Of a stretch of DNA of 64,000 nucleotides, positions 31,728 through 39,677 are shown one piece after another (position 1 is the first letter of the stretch; each line of letters begins with the position of its first letter). The notes under the pieces are model-generated. The model was not told the origin of the DNA. It ran no database searches and saw nothing but the letters and a program-made list of their open reading frames with translations. The position numbers and the translations under genes were made by a program. The stretch lies in the NCBI GenBank assembly GCA_018262715.1, contig JADFDS010000041.1:5697-69696 (forward strand), read 5' to 3'. The stretch is from Bacteroidota bacterium (GTDB lineage: Bacteria; Bacteroidota; Bacteroidia; Bacteroidales; VadinHA17).

Positions 31728-33074
31728 TCAGTAGATGTCTATGATGCGATGGTCAATCAGCACGAAGAGCAGGATGAGCAATGCAGAAAAGATGATCCAC
31801 CGGGTAAGGGGTATATATTCTGCGGGCCTGATCTTCATTTTTTTCCACACATAATACATCAGGAATATCTTTTCGAGGAAATAGACAATGAAGGTGGCCA
31901 GTGCCACGCCAACCACACCATATGGCTTAATAAGCATGAGGCTGAGGGGGATGTTCACAGCTATCTCAATGGCAGCGGCATAGAGTGTCACATTGGTTTT
32001 GCGTCTTCCAATCACGATGGTTTGAGGGAATACCAGCCTTGGAATGATCAGAAGCAGGTAGATCATGAACACGTCAGCGCTGCGGGTGAATTCGGGGGTG
32101 AACAGGCGCGGGTAGACCCATCTGGCCACGAGCATTGTAACCATTGAAAGCGGGAACAGGTATTTGATCAGTCTGTCAGACCGTTTCCGGAGTGTCACAA
32201 GTGCTTCGCGCATCCCTTCCCTGGTGCTGAACTGAGGCAGAAGGGCGTTGCTCAGGCCGTTGGCAAGGAGCAGGACAAGAGGGAACTCTTTTGCCCCGTA
32301 ACGGTACATGGCAAAGACACCGGGATCGGAATAACGGGCGGAGATGATGATTCCGTCAACATACTGTGCCGAGCCGCTTATCAGGAAGGTAAGGATAAGC
32401 GGCATCCCCACCCTGAGGTGTTCCCTGATGAATCCGGGTGACACCTTCAGGAGTGTATACCTCCTGAGAAGGATGATTAGCCAGATCCACCTCACAGCAG
32501 TGATGGCGAATAGTCCCCAGATAGCGCTCTTCTCATCGTATCCGGCAACCACCGGGGCCAGGACGAGCAGAAGCTGGGCAGAGTAGGTGTAGATACCGTA
32601 CTGGAGTATCCTGTGAGGACGCTTGTTCAGCAGGTAGATGTATTCAATGAGGGCAACGGGATTGCTGAGCAGGATATAGAGCAGCAGAAGGTTGGGATAG
32701 GGAATGTCAGGGTCTGCCGGTGATGATTCGAGCACAGACCTGATGGGTATGCCCAGGATGAACACCATCAGGCTGAAGAAAGAGATCAGAAGGAATGCAT
32801 TGTAGATCTCGGGTGATTTTCTACCCTCCCTTGCTCCGTCGTCCCTGAAAGTGCGGTTGCGTTCATAGAGGGTAAGGAGTGACTGGATTATGCCGGTGAC
32901 CCAGAAGAAGCTGAGCAGGCTGGAGATGAAGAGAAACAGTTCCCAGTTGCCTATCTGTGCCCGGGAGAGATGGCTCTTGGTAAATACGATGCTGATAATC
33001 AGGAAGGTGAGGAATCTCAGCAGCTGCACGGCCTGCAGTCCCGAGATGTTGTCTATGATCTTCAGCCTGCTCAA
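31728..33074 (-). CDS. Oligosaccharide/polysaccharide flippase (MOP superfamily, Wzx/MurJ-like)
   Basis: 448-aa protein with about 12-14 predicted TM segments and MOP-like organisation. Apparent TTG start; the first in-frame ATG is more than 100 codons downstream. Confidence 0.6.
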   Translation of the reverse strand: MSRLKIIDNISGLQAVQLLRFLTFLIISIVFTKSHLSRAQIGNWELFLFISSLLSFFWVTGIIQSLLTLYERNRTFRDDGAREGRKSPEIYNAFLLISFFSLMVFILGIPIRSVLESSPADPDIPYPNLLLLYILLSNPVALIEYIYLLNKRPHRILQYGIYTYSAQLLLVLAPVVAGYDEKSAIWGLFAITAVRWIWLIILLRRYTLLKVSPGFIREHLRVGMPLILTFLISGSAQYVDGIIISARYSDPGVFAMYRYGAKEFPLVLLLANGLSNALLPQFSTREGMREALVTLRKRSDRLIKYLFPLSMVTMLVARWVYPRLFTPEFTRSADVFMIYLLLIIPRLVFPQTIVIGRRKTNVTLYAAAIEIAVNIPLSLMLIKPYGVVGVALATFIVYFLEKIFLMYYVWKKMKIRPAEYIPLTRWIIFSALLILLFVLIDHRIIDIY

Positions 33075-33230
33075 ACTGTCACGTTATGAATCTGAAACGC
33101 CTGGATGCCGCAATAATTATACCATCTTGTTTTTGGTGCGGCTAAGTTACTATATGAATGAATTGATAACAAAATAAAAATAACTGTTTGCAAAATGGGA
33201 TTTTTGCTGTTTCTTTGCACTCCGTAAAAC

Positions 33231-33305
33231 GGTGGTTGTAGCTCAGTTGGTTAGAGCGCCAGATTGTGGATCTGGAGGTCGCCGGTTCGAACCCGGTCTT
33301 CCACC
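33231..33305 (+). tRNA. tRNA-His (anticodon GTG) with encoded G-1; no encoded CCA
   Basis: Hand-folded cloverleaf. D arm GCTC/GAGC. Anticodon stem CCAGA/TCTGG with loop TTGTGGA. T arm GCCGG-TTCGAAC-CCGGT. G-1 pairs with C73. Acceptor positions 5:68 and 6:67 are U-U in my fold. Confidence 0.8.
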
Positions 33306-33320
33306 CTGTCAGAATAGGCT

Positions 33321-33353
33321 GCCCCTGGCTTTTGCCAGGGGCGGTTGTTTTTT
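33321..33353 (+). terminator. Rho-independent terminator after tRNA-His
   Basis: GCCCCTGGC-tttt-GCCAGGGGC, a perfect 9-bp stem, followed by GGTTGTTTTTT. Confidence 0.8.
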
Positions 33354-33413
33354 AAGGCCTGAGATGAAGCTTGGTTCAGATCAGGGCAAAAAAAACAGCC
33401 GAAGAATGCCGCA

Positions 33414-33490
33414 GGCATTCAGCCTTTTCTGACAGAGATCCCTCCCTCCCGGCTCGCCGTCCGAACCCCGGCATTCAGCCTTTCCTGACG
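33414..33490. repeat. Two 21-bp direct repeats (19/21 identical) 35 bp apart
   Basis: GGCATTCAGCCTTTTCTGACA at 33414 and GGCATTCAGCCTTTCCTGACG at 33470. The first copy also forms the palindrome GAATGCC-gca-GGCATTC with upstream sequence. Confidence 0.6.
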
Positions 33491-33495
33491 ACCCC

Positions 33496-36400
33496 TTATC
33501 GCCTCAGCGCTTTCCTGTATGCATATCCGGATGCAACAGCCAGGCTGATGAGCACCGCCACTGCCACGTAGACAAACGCCGGTACCGGCACTGCATCGCC
33601 GCCGGCATAGGAGTGCAACCCCGACAGGTAATAGTTGACACCAAAATAGGTCATCAGCACCGACGAAAACGCAAACAGCGAAAGGAGATTGAATATGTAC
33701 GTGTCCTTCATCCCCGGCATCATCCTCGAATGGGTCACGAGGGTGTAAACAATGATGGTGATCAGTGACCATGTCTCCTTCGGATCCCACCCCCAGTACC
33801 GGCCCCATGACTCATTGGCCCATACAGCGCCGAGGAAAGTACCGATGGTCAGGAAATAGAGCCCCAGGGTCAGAGTCCTGTAATTGATAACCGTAAGCTC
33901 ATCTATCACGGCACTGATCCTCGCCCTGTTACCTTCATGGATGAACAGCATCATCACAAGAACGACTATCCCGAGGATGGCGCCCAGCCCCAGGAAACCG
34001 TAGCTGCCCGTGATAACGGAGACATGCAGGGTAAGCCAGTATGACCGCAACACGGGAACCAGGTTCGTTATCTCCGGATCCATGAAGCTCAGGTGAGCAA
34101 CCATCAGTGTCAGTCCGCCAAGAACAGAGGTGGCTGCCAGGGTCAGAAGTGATTTCCTGCTGAAGATCAGCCCGGCAAGCAATGTCACCCATGAGATGAA
34201 CAGCATTGATTCATAACCGTTGCTCATTGGCGAATGCCCGGAAATATACCACCTGATACCAAGACCAATTGTATGGAACAGGAAACCGGCAGCCACCAGT
34301 CCTGCAAGCACCCGGAGGACTGCTCCCCTGAGCTCCCTGCCCCTGATAATCATCGTAATGATGGTAATTATCATTATGAGTCCGACGGTGGCGTACCATG
34401 GGAAAAGCCTCTCAAATATCCTGGCCCTGTAATAGAAGAGTTCGGCCTTTACCTTGCCCTCTGAAGGCAGTTCATACCCGGCATAACGAAGCTGGTAGTT
34501 GGTGAGCGCGGTGATATAGTCTGCCGGGGGAGCCATCGGGCGCCCCACTGATGTCACAGACTGAGCCCACAGCGGAACAACACCCATCACAAAGAGAGAA
34601 TCCTCCCGGCTGATGCCGTGCCTGACAGCCTCCTCCGCACTTCCCCAGTGATCAGTGCCGTCGCGCAGCGGAAATATCTGCATGAAATCTCCCCTTGACA
34701 TCATATAGCAAATATTGACTCTCTCGTCCACCTTGATTACTTCCTTGTCAAACTTCGTGCGCTCAGTCACACTCTTTGCATAGGCTTTGTCAACAAGTGA
34801 AGCAAGCAGGTAGCCGCCGCCTTCACCCATCTTTACGATATCGGAGAAAGCCGCCTTTTCGCCCTTAAGGTTAAGCTCACGGCGGAGCTCCTCGTTTGAA
34901 ACCTTTATGAGGGGCACATTCTGCCAGTGATAAAAATCAAGCGAGCATCCAAGGAATACCTGCATGGGTGACATCCCGTCAAAACTATTCTCCCTCGACA
35001 CCTTCCTCAGGATGTCACTGCTGATGGTATAGAGGGGTTTTGTCCTGCCTTTCTGATCCTGTGCCAGCACCGCACCGAAACTGTCTGCCGCCTTCCGCTC
35101 TATAACCAGCTGCTGACTCTTCAGCGGTGACAGGGAAGTCAGAAGAAGCAAAACAAGGGCAGCAGCAGGTTTGCGGTAGTTCGAGGTCCAGTGTCCGGGA
35201 GCCACTGTGCGGAAGAATGATTTCCTGTTAAGAAGTGAGAGTATTATGAAAAGGAACAGCAAACCATAACCGGTGTAAGTGGTGTACATCCCCGCCGGAT
35301 CATGGTTGACAGACAGGACAGTGCCAAGCTCGTCATTATCATAAGACGACTGGTAAAAACGGTAACCGCGGTATTTCAGGATATGATTCATGTAAATGTC
35401 ATAAGGCATACCGGTGCCGTGTTCCGGATCGCTGAGAGTCACCCTGCTCCTGAATCCTGACGGACTGCTGGAGCCGGGATACCGTTCCACGACAAAGTCG
35501 TCAAGCCTGAGGCTGAAGGGCAGTTCCCTTCCGCTGGCGCCGTAACTCACCCTGGCAGTAAGTCTGCCGGCATTACCGTTCCATACCGACCGCTCTTCCC
35601 CGCCGTCATCCCAGAGCCAGATTCTTTCCTGAAAACCATCACCTTTAAGGGAGAACTCCAGCGCCCCCCCGGGACCTTTTCCTGCCGCAGTGGCAGAGGG
35701 CACTATGGTACCGCTCAAGGTCATCATCTGGGGCATTATCCTGTAGCTCCCGGCAGTGTAAACGGTGCCTGCCATCAGTGGCACAAGAGAGTCAGCAGGG
35801 TATTCTGCCGATTTCATCTCCTGCATTACCGTCGACCTGAGTCCCGTGGATGAACTGATAAAGAAAGAGTTTCCGTCATTTGTCACGGAGATGTCTGCCG
35901 GGGTTCCGAAACCGGCCTTCATATCACCTATCATCGCCGACTCTCCCAATGCCAGAACCAAAGTTTCGCTGCTGACCATGTCCGGTGTGAATAGCAGGGA
36001 TACCATTGGTTTTCCTCCGGGAGTCTCCTGCACCGTTTTTACGGCGCCGGCAACGTACCTTTCGAAGGTCAGGGCAGCTTTTGCCCCGTCAGCCTCAAGG
36101 CTCTTCCTGTATTTGCCATGCCGGCCTCCGGAGATGTTCAGAGGTGCTGAGTGACTGTCAAGGATGGCGCCATCATTCCCCGCAAGCTCGAATGTAAGAG
36201 TGTTGCCGGAGGAGAATGTGACATTTGAGGAGTATCCCTCCCTTATATGCATCATGCCGTCATAACCAGTAAACCTGGTTATTGCGGCGCCTGCCACCAT
36301 AACTATAAATGCTGCATGAAAAAGGAGAACGGTAAGCTTTTCCCTGCGCCACAGCCTGAAGGTGTAAATCTGCCCGACCAGGTTCAGGGCCAGCAGCAAA

Positions 36401-36576
36401 AAGAGCAGCTCAAACCACCTGGTGTTGTATACTGCTGCCCTGGCAGCTTCCTGTCCGAAATCATTCTCGATGAACGTTGCTGCAGCCATCGATGCTGCAA
36501 GAGCAATGAAGAGTACACCCATCATTGCAGGAGAAATCAGAAACCTTAATGCTTTCATTAAATCAATTTGATGCAA
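33496..36576 (-). CDS. ccsBA: Fused system II cytochrome c biogenesis protein CcsBA (ResB-like plus CcsA heme-handling domains)
   Basis: 1026 aa. N-terminal ResB-like TM segments and a large periplasmic domain. C-terminal CcsA domain with the Trp-rich WWD motif WGRYWGWDPKETWSL and flanking His residues. Confidence 0.85.
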   Translation of the reverse strand: MHQIDLMKALRFLISPAMMGVLFIALAASMAAATFIENDFGQEAARAAVYNTRWFELLFLLLALNLVGQIYTFRLWRREKLTVLLFHAAFIVMVAGAAITRFTGYDGMMHIREGYSSNVTFSSGNTLTFELAGNDGAILDSHSAPLNISGGRHGKYRKSLEADGAKAALTFERYVAGAVKTVQETPGGKPMVSLLFTPDMVSSETLVLALGESAMIGDMKAGFGTPADISVTNDGNSFFISSSTGLRSTVMQEMKSAEYPADSLVPLMAGTVYTAGSYRIMPQMMTLSGTIVPSATAAGKGPGGALEFSLKGDGFQERIWLWDDGGEERSVWNGNAGRLTARVSYGASGRELPFSLRLDDFVVERYPGSSSPSGFRSRVTLSDPEHGTGMPYDIYMNHILKYRGYRFYQSSYDNDELGTVLSVNHDPAGMYTTYTGYGLLFLFIILSLLNRKSFFRTVAPGHWTSNYRKPAAALVLLLLTSLSPLKSQQLVIERKAADSFGAVLAQDQKGRTKPLYTISSDILRKVSRENSFDGMSPMQVFLGCSLDFYHWQNVPLIKVSNEELRRELNLKGEKAAFSDIVKMGEGGGYLLASLVDKAYAKSVTERTKFDKEVIKVDERVNICYMMSRGDFMQIFPLRDGTDHWGSAEEAVRHGISREDSLFVMGVVPLWAQSVTSVGRPMAPPADYITALTNYQLRYAGYELPSEGKVKAELFYYRARIFERLFPWYATVGLIMIITIITMIIRGRELRGAVLRVLAGLVAAGFLFHTIGLGIRWYISGHSPMSNGYESMLFISWVTLLAGLIFSRKSLLTLAATSVLGGLTLMVAHLSFMDPEITNLVPVLRSYWLTLHVSVITGSYGFLGLGAILGIVVLVMMLFIHEGNRARISAVIDELTVINYRTLTLGLYFLTIGTFLGAVWANESWGRYWGWDPKETWSLITIIVYTLVTHSRMMPGMKDTYIFNLLSLFAFSSVLMTYFGVNYYLSGLHSYAGGDAVPVPAFVYVAVAVLISLAVASGYAYRKALRR

Positions 36577-36578
36577 AT

Positions 36579-37274
36579 CTATCCCTTTTCGGAAATTACC
36601 AGCAGTTTTTCCCTGTTGAGTATCCTGACAGACCTGGGAGTGGCATGAATAATATTTTCGTTTTCAAACTCACCGATAATTCTTACGACGCTCTCCTTGG
36701 CCATATTGGTCATTTCGCCCAGTTCCTGGCGTGAAAGCACCATCTCAAATTCATCGGAATGGAAAATGGAATCTGAAAAATAAAGCAATGCTTCGGCGAG
36801 CCTCCCGTGCATCTTTTTCTGGGTCAGGTTAAGCATCTTCTGGTGGAGCCTCAGTGCCTTGTCGCTGAGGTCTTCGATAAAGCCTGCCGCGAAGCCGGGG
36901 TTGGCTGAAATCACATTCCTGATGACGTCAAAGTTGATAAAGCAGGCCTGCACATGTGTGATGGCCGCCACGGAATAACAATAGCGGGAGTTGACATGAA
37001 CTCCCGGACCAGCCAGCAGGGTTTTTGATTCTGCCAGGTTGAGTATGAGATTCTTCCCTGCATACCCTTCCATATATACTTTTGCCAGTCCTGACAGAAG
37101 GAATATTGCATTGGAAGATGGCGAGCCCTGTTTGATGATTATCTCCGATGGTTTGAAGGTTGCCTCATATCTGTTCTTGTTGACGAGTTCCAGTTCCTCT
37201 GCGGAGAGGGTCTTGAAGTTCGACCAGCACCTTGAACAGAATTCACAGCTGATTATCTTGTTATCTGTGTACAT
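36579..37274 (-). CDS. Crp/Fnr family transcriptional regulator, FNR-like (N-terminal Cys cluster)
   Basis: cNMP-binding-like beta-roll plus a C-terminal HTH (SRQELGEMTNMAKESVVRIIGEF; the E and R of the FNR E--SR recognition motif are present). Cys10-x2-Cys13-x2-Cys16 plus Cys111 just before the dimerisation helix mirrors the FNR [4Fe-4S] ligand layout. Stops 2 nt before ccsBA. Confidence 0.8.
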   Translation of the reverse strand: MYTDNKIISCEFCSRCWSNFKTLSAEELELVNKNRYEATFKPSEIIIKQGSPSSNAIFLLSGLAKVYMEGYAGKNLILNLAESKTLLAGPGVHVNSRYCYSVAAITHVQACFINFDVIRNVISANPGFAAGFIEDLSDKALRLHQKMLNLTQKKMHGRLAEALLYFSDSIFHSDEFEMVLSRQELGEMTNMAKESVVRIIGEFENENIIHATPRSVRILNREKLLVISEKG

Positions 37275-37349
37275 CCGGGTAGATTTTGCGTAAATTTACC
37301 CTGTCACTTCTAAAAGGTCTGTTAATTATGACATATATCACAATTGAAT

Positions 37350-37363
37350 TTGATCTTTGTCAA
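37350..37363. promoter_or_regulatory. FNR/CRP-type box TTGATCTTTGTCAA (TTGAT-N4-GTCAA)
   Basis: One mismatch to the FNR consensus TTGAT-N4-ATCAA. It lies in the divergent intergenic region, 76 nt from the regulator ATG and 114 nt from the hexaheme gene ATG. It shares TTGATnTTTGTCA with the site at 42027. Confidence 0.5.
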
Positions 37364-37476
37364 TCAGACTGACCGTACTTATCAATCCATTGTGATTGAA
37401 ATATCAACGCCCCGGCGTGCTGACCAATCATCAGTCTTGTTACCTTTCATCGGAATAAAACGAAACATAAACCTAT

Positions 37477-38544
37477 ATGAAAAAAAGTCTTAAATTTGCC
37501 GCGCTTGTTGTTTCAGCAGGTCTTATAATGGCCTCCTGCGAAGGGCCGATGGGTCCGGTTGGTGAAGATGGTCCCAAGGGCGACAAGGGTGATCCCGGAA
37601 CAACTCTGGGATGTGCCGAATGCCACAATCCCGGCAGCCCGATGTCAGCTTTCTCCGCACAGTGGAGTGAGTCGACTCACGCAAAGGGGGGCAATGCAGC
37701 ATATGCCAACAGGGCCGGCTGCGTACAATGTCACACCAGCCAGGGATTCCTCGAGTATCTGGCGGAAGGATCAACGGCCAACATAGCTGTACCCGATAAT
37801 CCGATGCAGATCAACTGCGCCACATGCCACAAGATTCACGAGACCTACTCAGCAGCTGACTGGTCCCTGACCAAACCGGGTGCACAGACACTGGAGGTAA
37901 AGTACGCCGGCGCTGATGTCATCTGGGACAAAGGGAGCAGCAACCAGTGTGCTTTCTGTCACCAGTCACGCACTGTCTCTCCTGCGCCCGCAGTCAACGG
38001 AGCTGACTTCAACATAACCAATACCCGCATGGGACCTCACCACGGTCCGAATACCAATCTCATCCTCGGCAAGACTCCATTCGAGCTCCCTGGAGAAGCT
38101 CATCCGACCACCAATCCTCACTCAACTGCCAACGGATGCGTTACCTGCCACATGTCAGCCCCCTACGGCTATCTTGCCGGCGGGCACAACATGGGAGTAT
38201 GGTATGACAGCCACGGGACAGAGACATTGCTTAAGACCGGATGCACAACATGCCACACCAATACCACCACCCTTGATACCAAAATAGCTGACCTTAAATC
38301 TGATATAACAGAAAAGATGGCAAGTCTTGAAGCACAGCTGATTGCAGCAGGCATTTACAACTCCGCGACCGGGCTTGCCAAAACCGGCACATTCAAGGCA
38401 AATGCGGTTCTTGCATACCTGAACTACAACACTGTCAAGGAAGACCGCAGCAACGGTATTCACAACCCCGGGTACATCAGTACATTGCTTGATAACTCAA
38501 TTGCAACAATGGAGGCCCTGGGTTACCCGGTTCCCGGAAAATAG
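37477..38544 (+). CDS. Hexaheme c-type cytochrome lipoprotein with N-terminal collagen-like (G-X-Y)6 segment
   Basis: Lipoprotein signal MKKSLKFAALVVSAGLIMASC, then GPMGPVGEDGPKGDKGDPG. Six CXXCH motifs (CAECH, CVQCH, CATCH, CAFCH, CVTCH, CTTCH). No CXXCK. Confidence 0.8.
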   Translation: MKKSLKFAALVVSAGLIMASCEGPMGPVGEDGPKGDKGDPGTTLGCAECHNPGSPMSAFSAQWSESTHAKGGNAAYANRAGCVQCHTSQGFLEYLAEGSTANIAVPDNPMQINCATCHKIHETYSAADWSLTKPGAQTLEVKYAGADVIWDKGSSNQCAFCHQSRTVSPAPAVNGADFNITNTRMGPHHGPNTNLILGKTPFELPGEAHPTTNPHSTANGCVTCHMSAPYGYLAGGHNMGVWYDSHGTETLLKTGCTTCHTNTTTLDTKIADLKSDITEKMASLEAQLIAAGIYNSATGLAKTGTFKANAVLAYLNYNTVKEDRSNGIHNPGYISTLLDNSIATMEALGYPVPGK

Positions 38545-38558
38545 GGATTGCAAAAGCA

Positions 38559-38598
38559 CAAAAAAAAGCTGCCCGCCAACGCGGACAGCTTTTTTTTT
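38559..38598. terminator. Bidirectional rho-independent terminator between convergent cytochrome genes
   Basis: A-run, then AGCTGCCCGC-caac-GCGGACAGCT (one mismatch), then a run of 8 T. Confidence 0.75.
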
Positions 38599-38610
38599 GA
38601 CTCCTGATAT

Positions 38611-39027
38611 CTACTTTTTAAGTGTTCTCATATAGTTGACGATACTCCAGATCTCATTATCAGGAATCTTCTTGTCATATGCCGGCATCTCGCCTCTGCC
38701 CATCTTTGTCTGGTAAAACATCTCTCCATCAGTGAATCCCTGGAAGGCGGCGCCTGAGAAGTCGCCCGGGAATGTTTTGCACATTCTTCCCTTCGGGCCG
38801 TCACCCAGGCCTGTCTTGCCATGGCATGAAGCGCAGTTCTTGTTATAGGAAACCATGCCAGCCTTGACTGACGCATCATCCTTGGCGACGGGATTGGCCA
38901 TCTTCTTGTACTCTGCAGGGATTACCCACGGTTCTCCCTTCTTCTGCTGGGCATTTGCCGTTACTGAAGCAAAGGCGAACAGGGCTGTTGCCAGCACAAC
39001 GGAAATAGTTTTAAATGTTCTCTTCAT
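38611..39027 (-). CDS. Class I monoheme c-type cytochrome (periplasmic)
   Basis: Signal peptide, single CASCH motif and a distal Met region (GRGEMPAY). 138 aa. Confidence 0.8.
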   Translation of the reverse strand: MKRTFKTISVVLATALFAFASVTANAQQKKGEPWVIPAEYKKMANPVAKDDASVKAGMVSYNKNCASCHGKTGLGDGPKGRMCKTFPGDFSGAAFQGFTDGEMFYQTKMGRGEMPAYDKKIPDNEIWSIVNYMRTLKK

Positions 39028-39056
39028 AAACCTTGATTTTAATTAGACTCATATTA

Positions 39057-39677
39057 TTAATGACTCTCCTGCCAGCCGGTGATGATACTCCTGAAATTAC
39101 TAAGGGGTGATTTACCCATTGTGCTGACATAGAGGTGAATAAACAGGAAAATTACAACCAGGAACCCTAGGATTACATGGAACTGGTCTGTGAGGAACAC
39201 GCCGCTGAATCCCAGGAACCTCTTGAGTATGAACTCCGGGAACATCAGCGCCCATCCCGTGACAAACAGCATCGGGAGGACAAAATACATCACTCCCACA
39301 TATGAGACCTGCTGCAACGGATTGAACTTGCGGTTGCCGGTGACGGGAAAAGGAGACTCTTCTCCTTTAAAATAACCGAATCCATAATAGCGGGCCTGCT
39401 TCCAGAGCCTTTCAGCCATACCCCTGATGGCAATCAGGTAGTGTCTGCCGTTTTCGGTAAAGATATTTCCGATAACAAAAGCCGTATAACTGATCGTAAG
39501 GAGCACGCCGCACACATTATGAATCGAGACTGCCCGCTGGAATTTCACAACCAGGGCACGGTCAGGATCGGAATAAAGCATGCTGAATCCTGTCACAATC
39601 AGGAACAGGCACAGGATGGCGTTTGTTAGGTGCCATAACCTGACCCAGACCGGATAATGGTAAAAATTCTTACTCAT
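39057..39677 (-). CDS. Membrane cytochrome b subunit (Ni/Fe-hydrogenase / FdnI / PhsC-type cytochrome b family)
   Basis: 206 aa with 4-5 TM segments. N-terminus ..YPVWVRLWHLTNAILCLFLIVTGFSMLY is typical of PF01292-like cytochrome b. Conserved His in the TM helices (WHL, IHNV, FHV, FIHLY). Confidence 0.7.
   Translation of the reverse strand: MSKNFYHYPVWVRLWHLTNAILCLFLIVTGFSMLYSDPDRALVVKFQRAVSIHNVCGVLLTISYTAFVIGNIFTENGRHYLIAIRGMAERLWKQARYYGFGYFKGEESPFPVTGNRKFNPLQQVSYVGVMYFVLPMLFVTGWALMFPEFILKRFLGFSGVFLTDQFHVILGFLVVIFLFIHLYVSTMGKSPLSNFRSIITGWQESH

Noticed and set aside
31200-32147. 315-aa plus-strand ORF spanning the junction of the aminotransferase and flippase genes.
   Set aside because: It overlaps two convincing minus-strand genes and their intergenic promoter. 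Its composition is His/Cys/Gly-rich and motif-free.
33232-33432. 66-aa ORF overlapping tRNA-His.
   Set aside because: The sequence folds into a canonical tRNA followed by a terminator. The ORF is an artefact of translating the tRNA.
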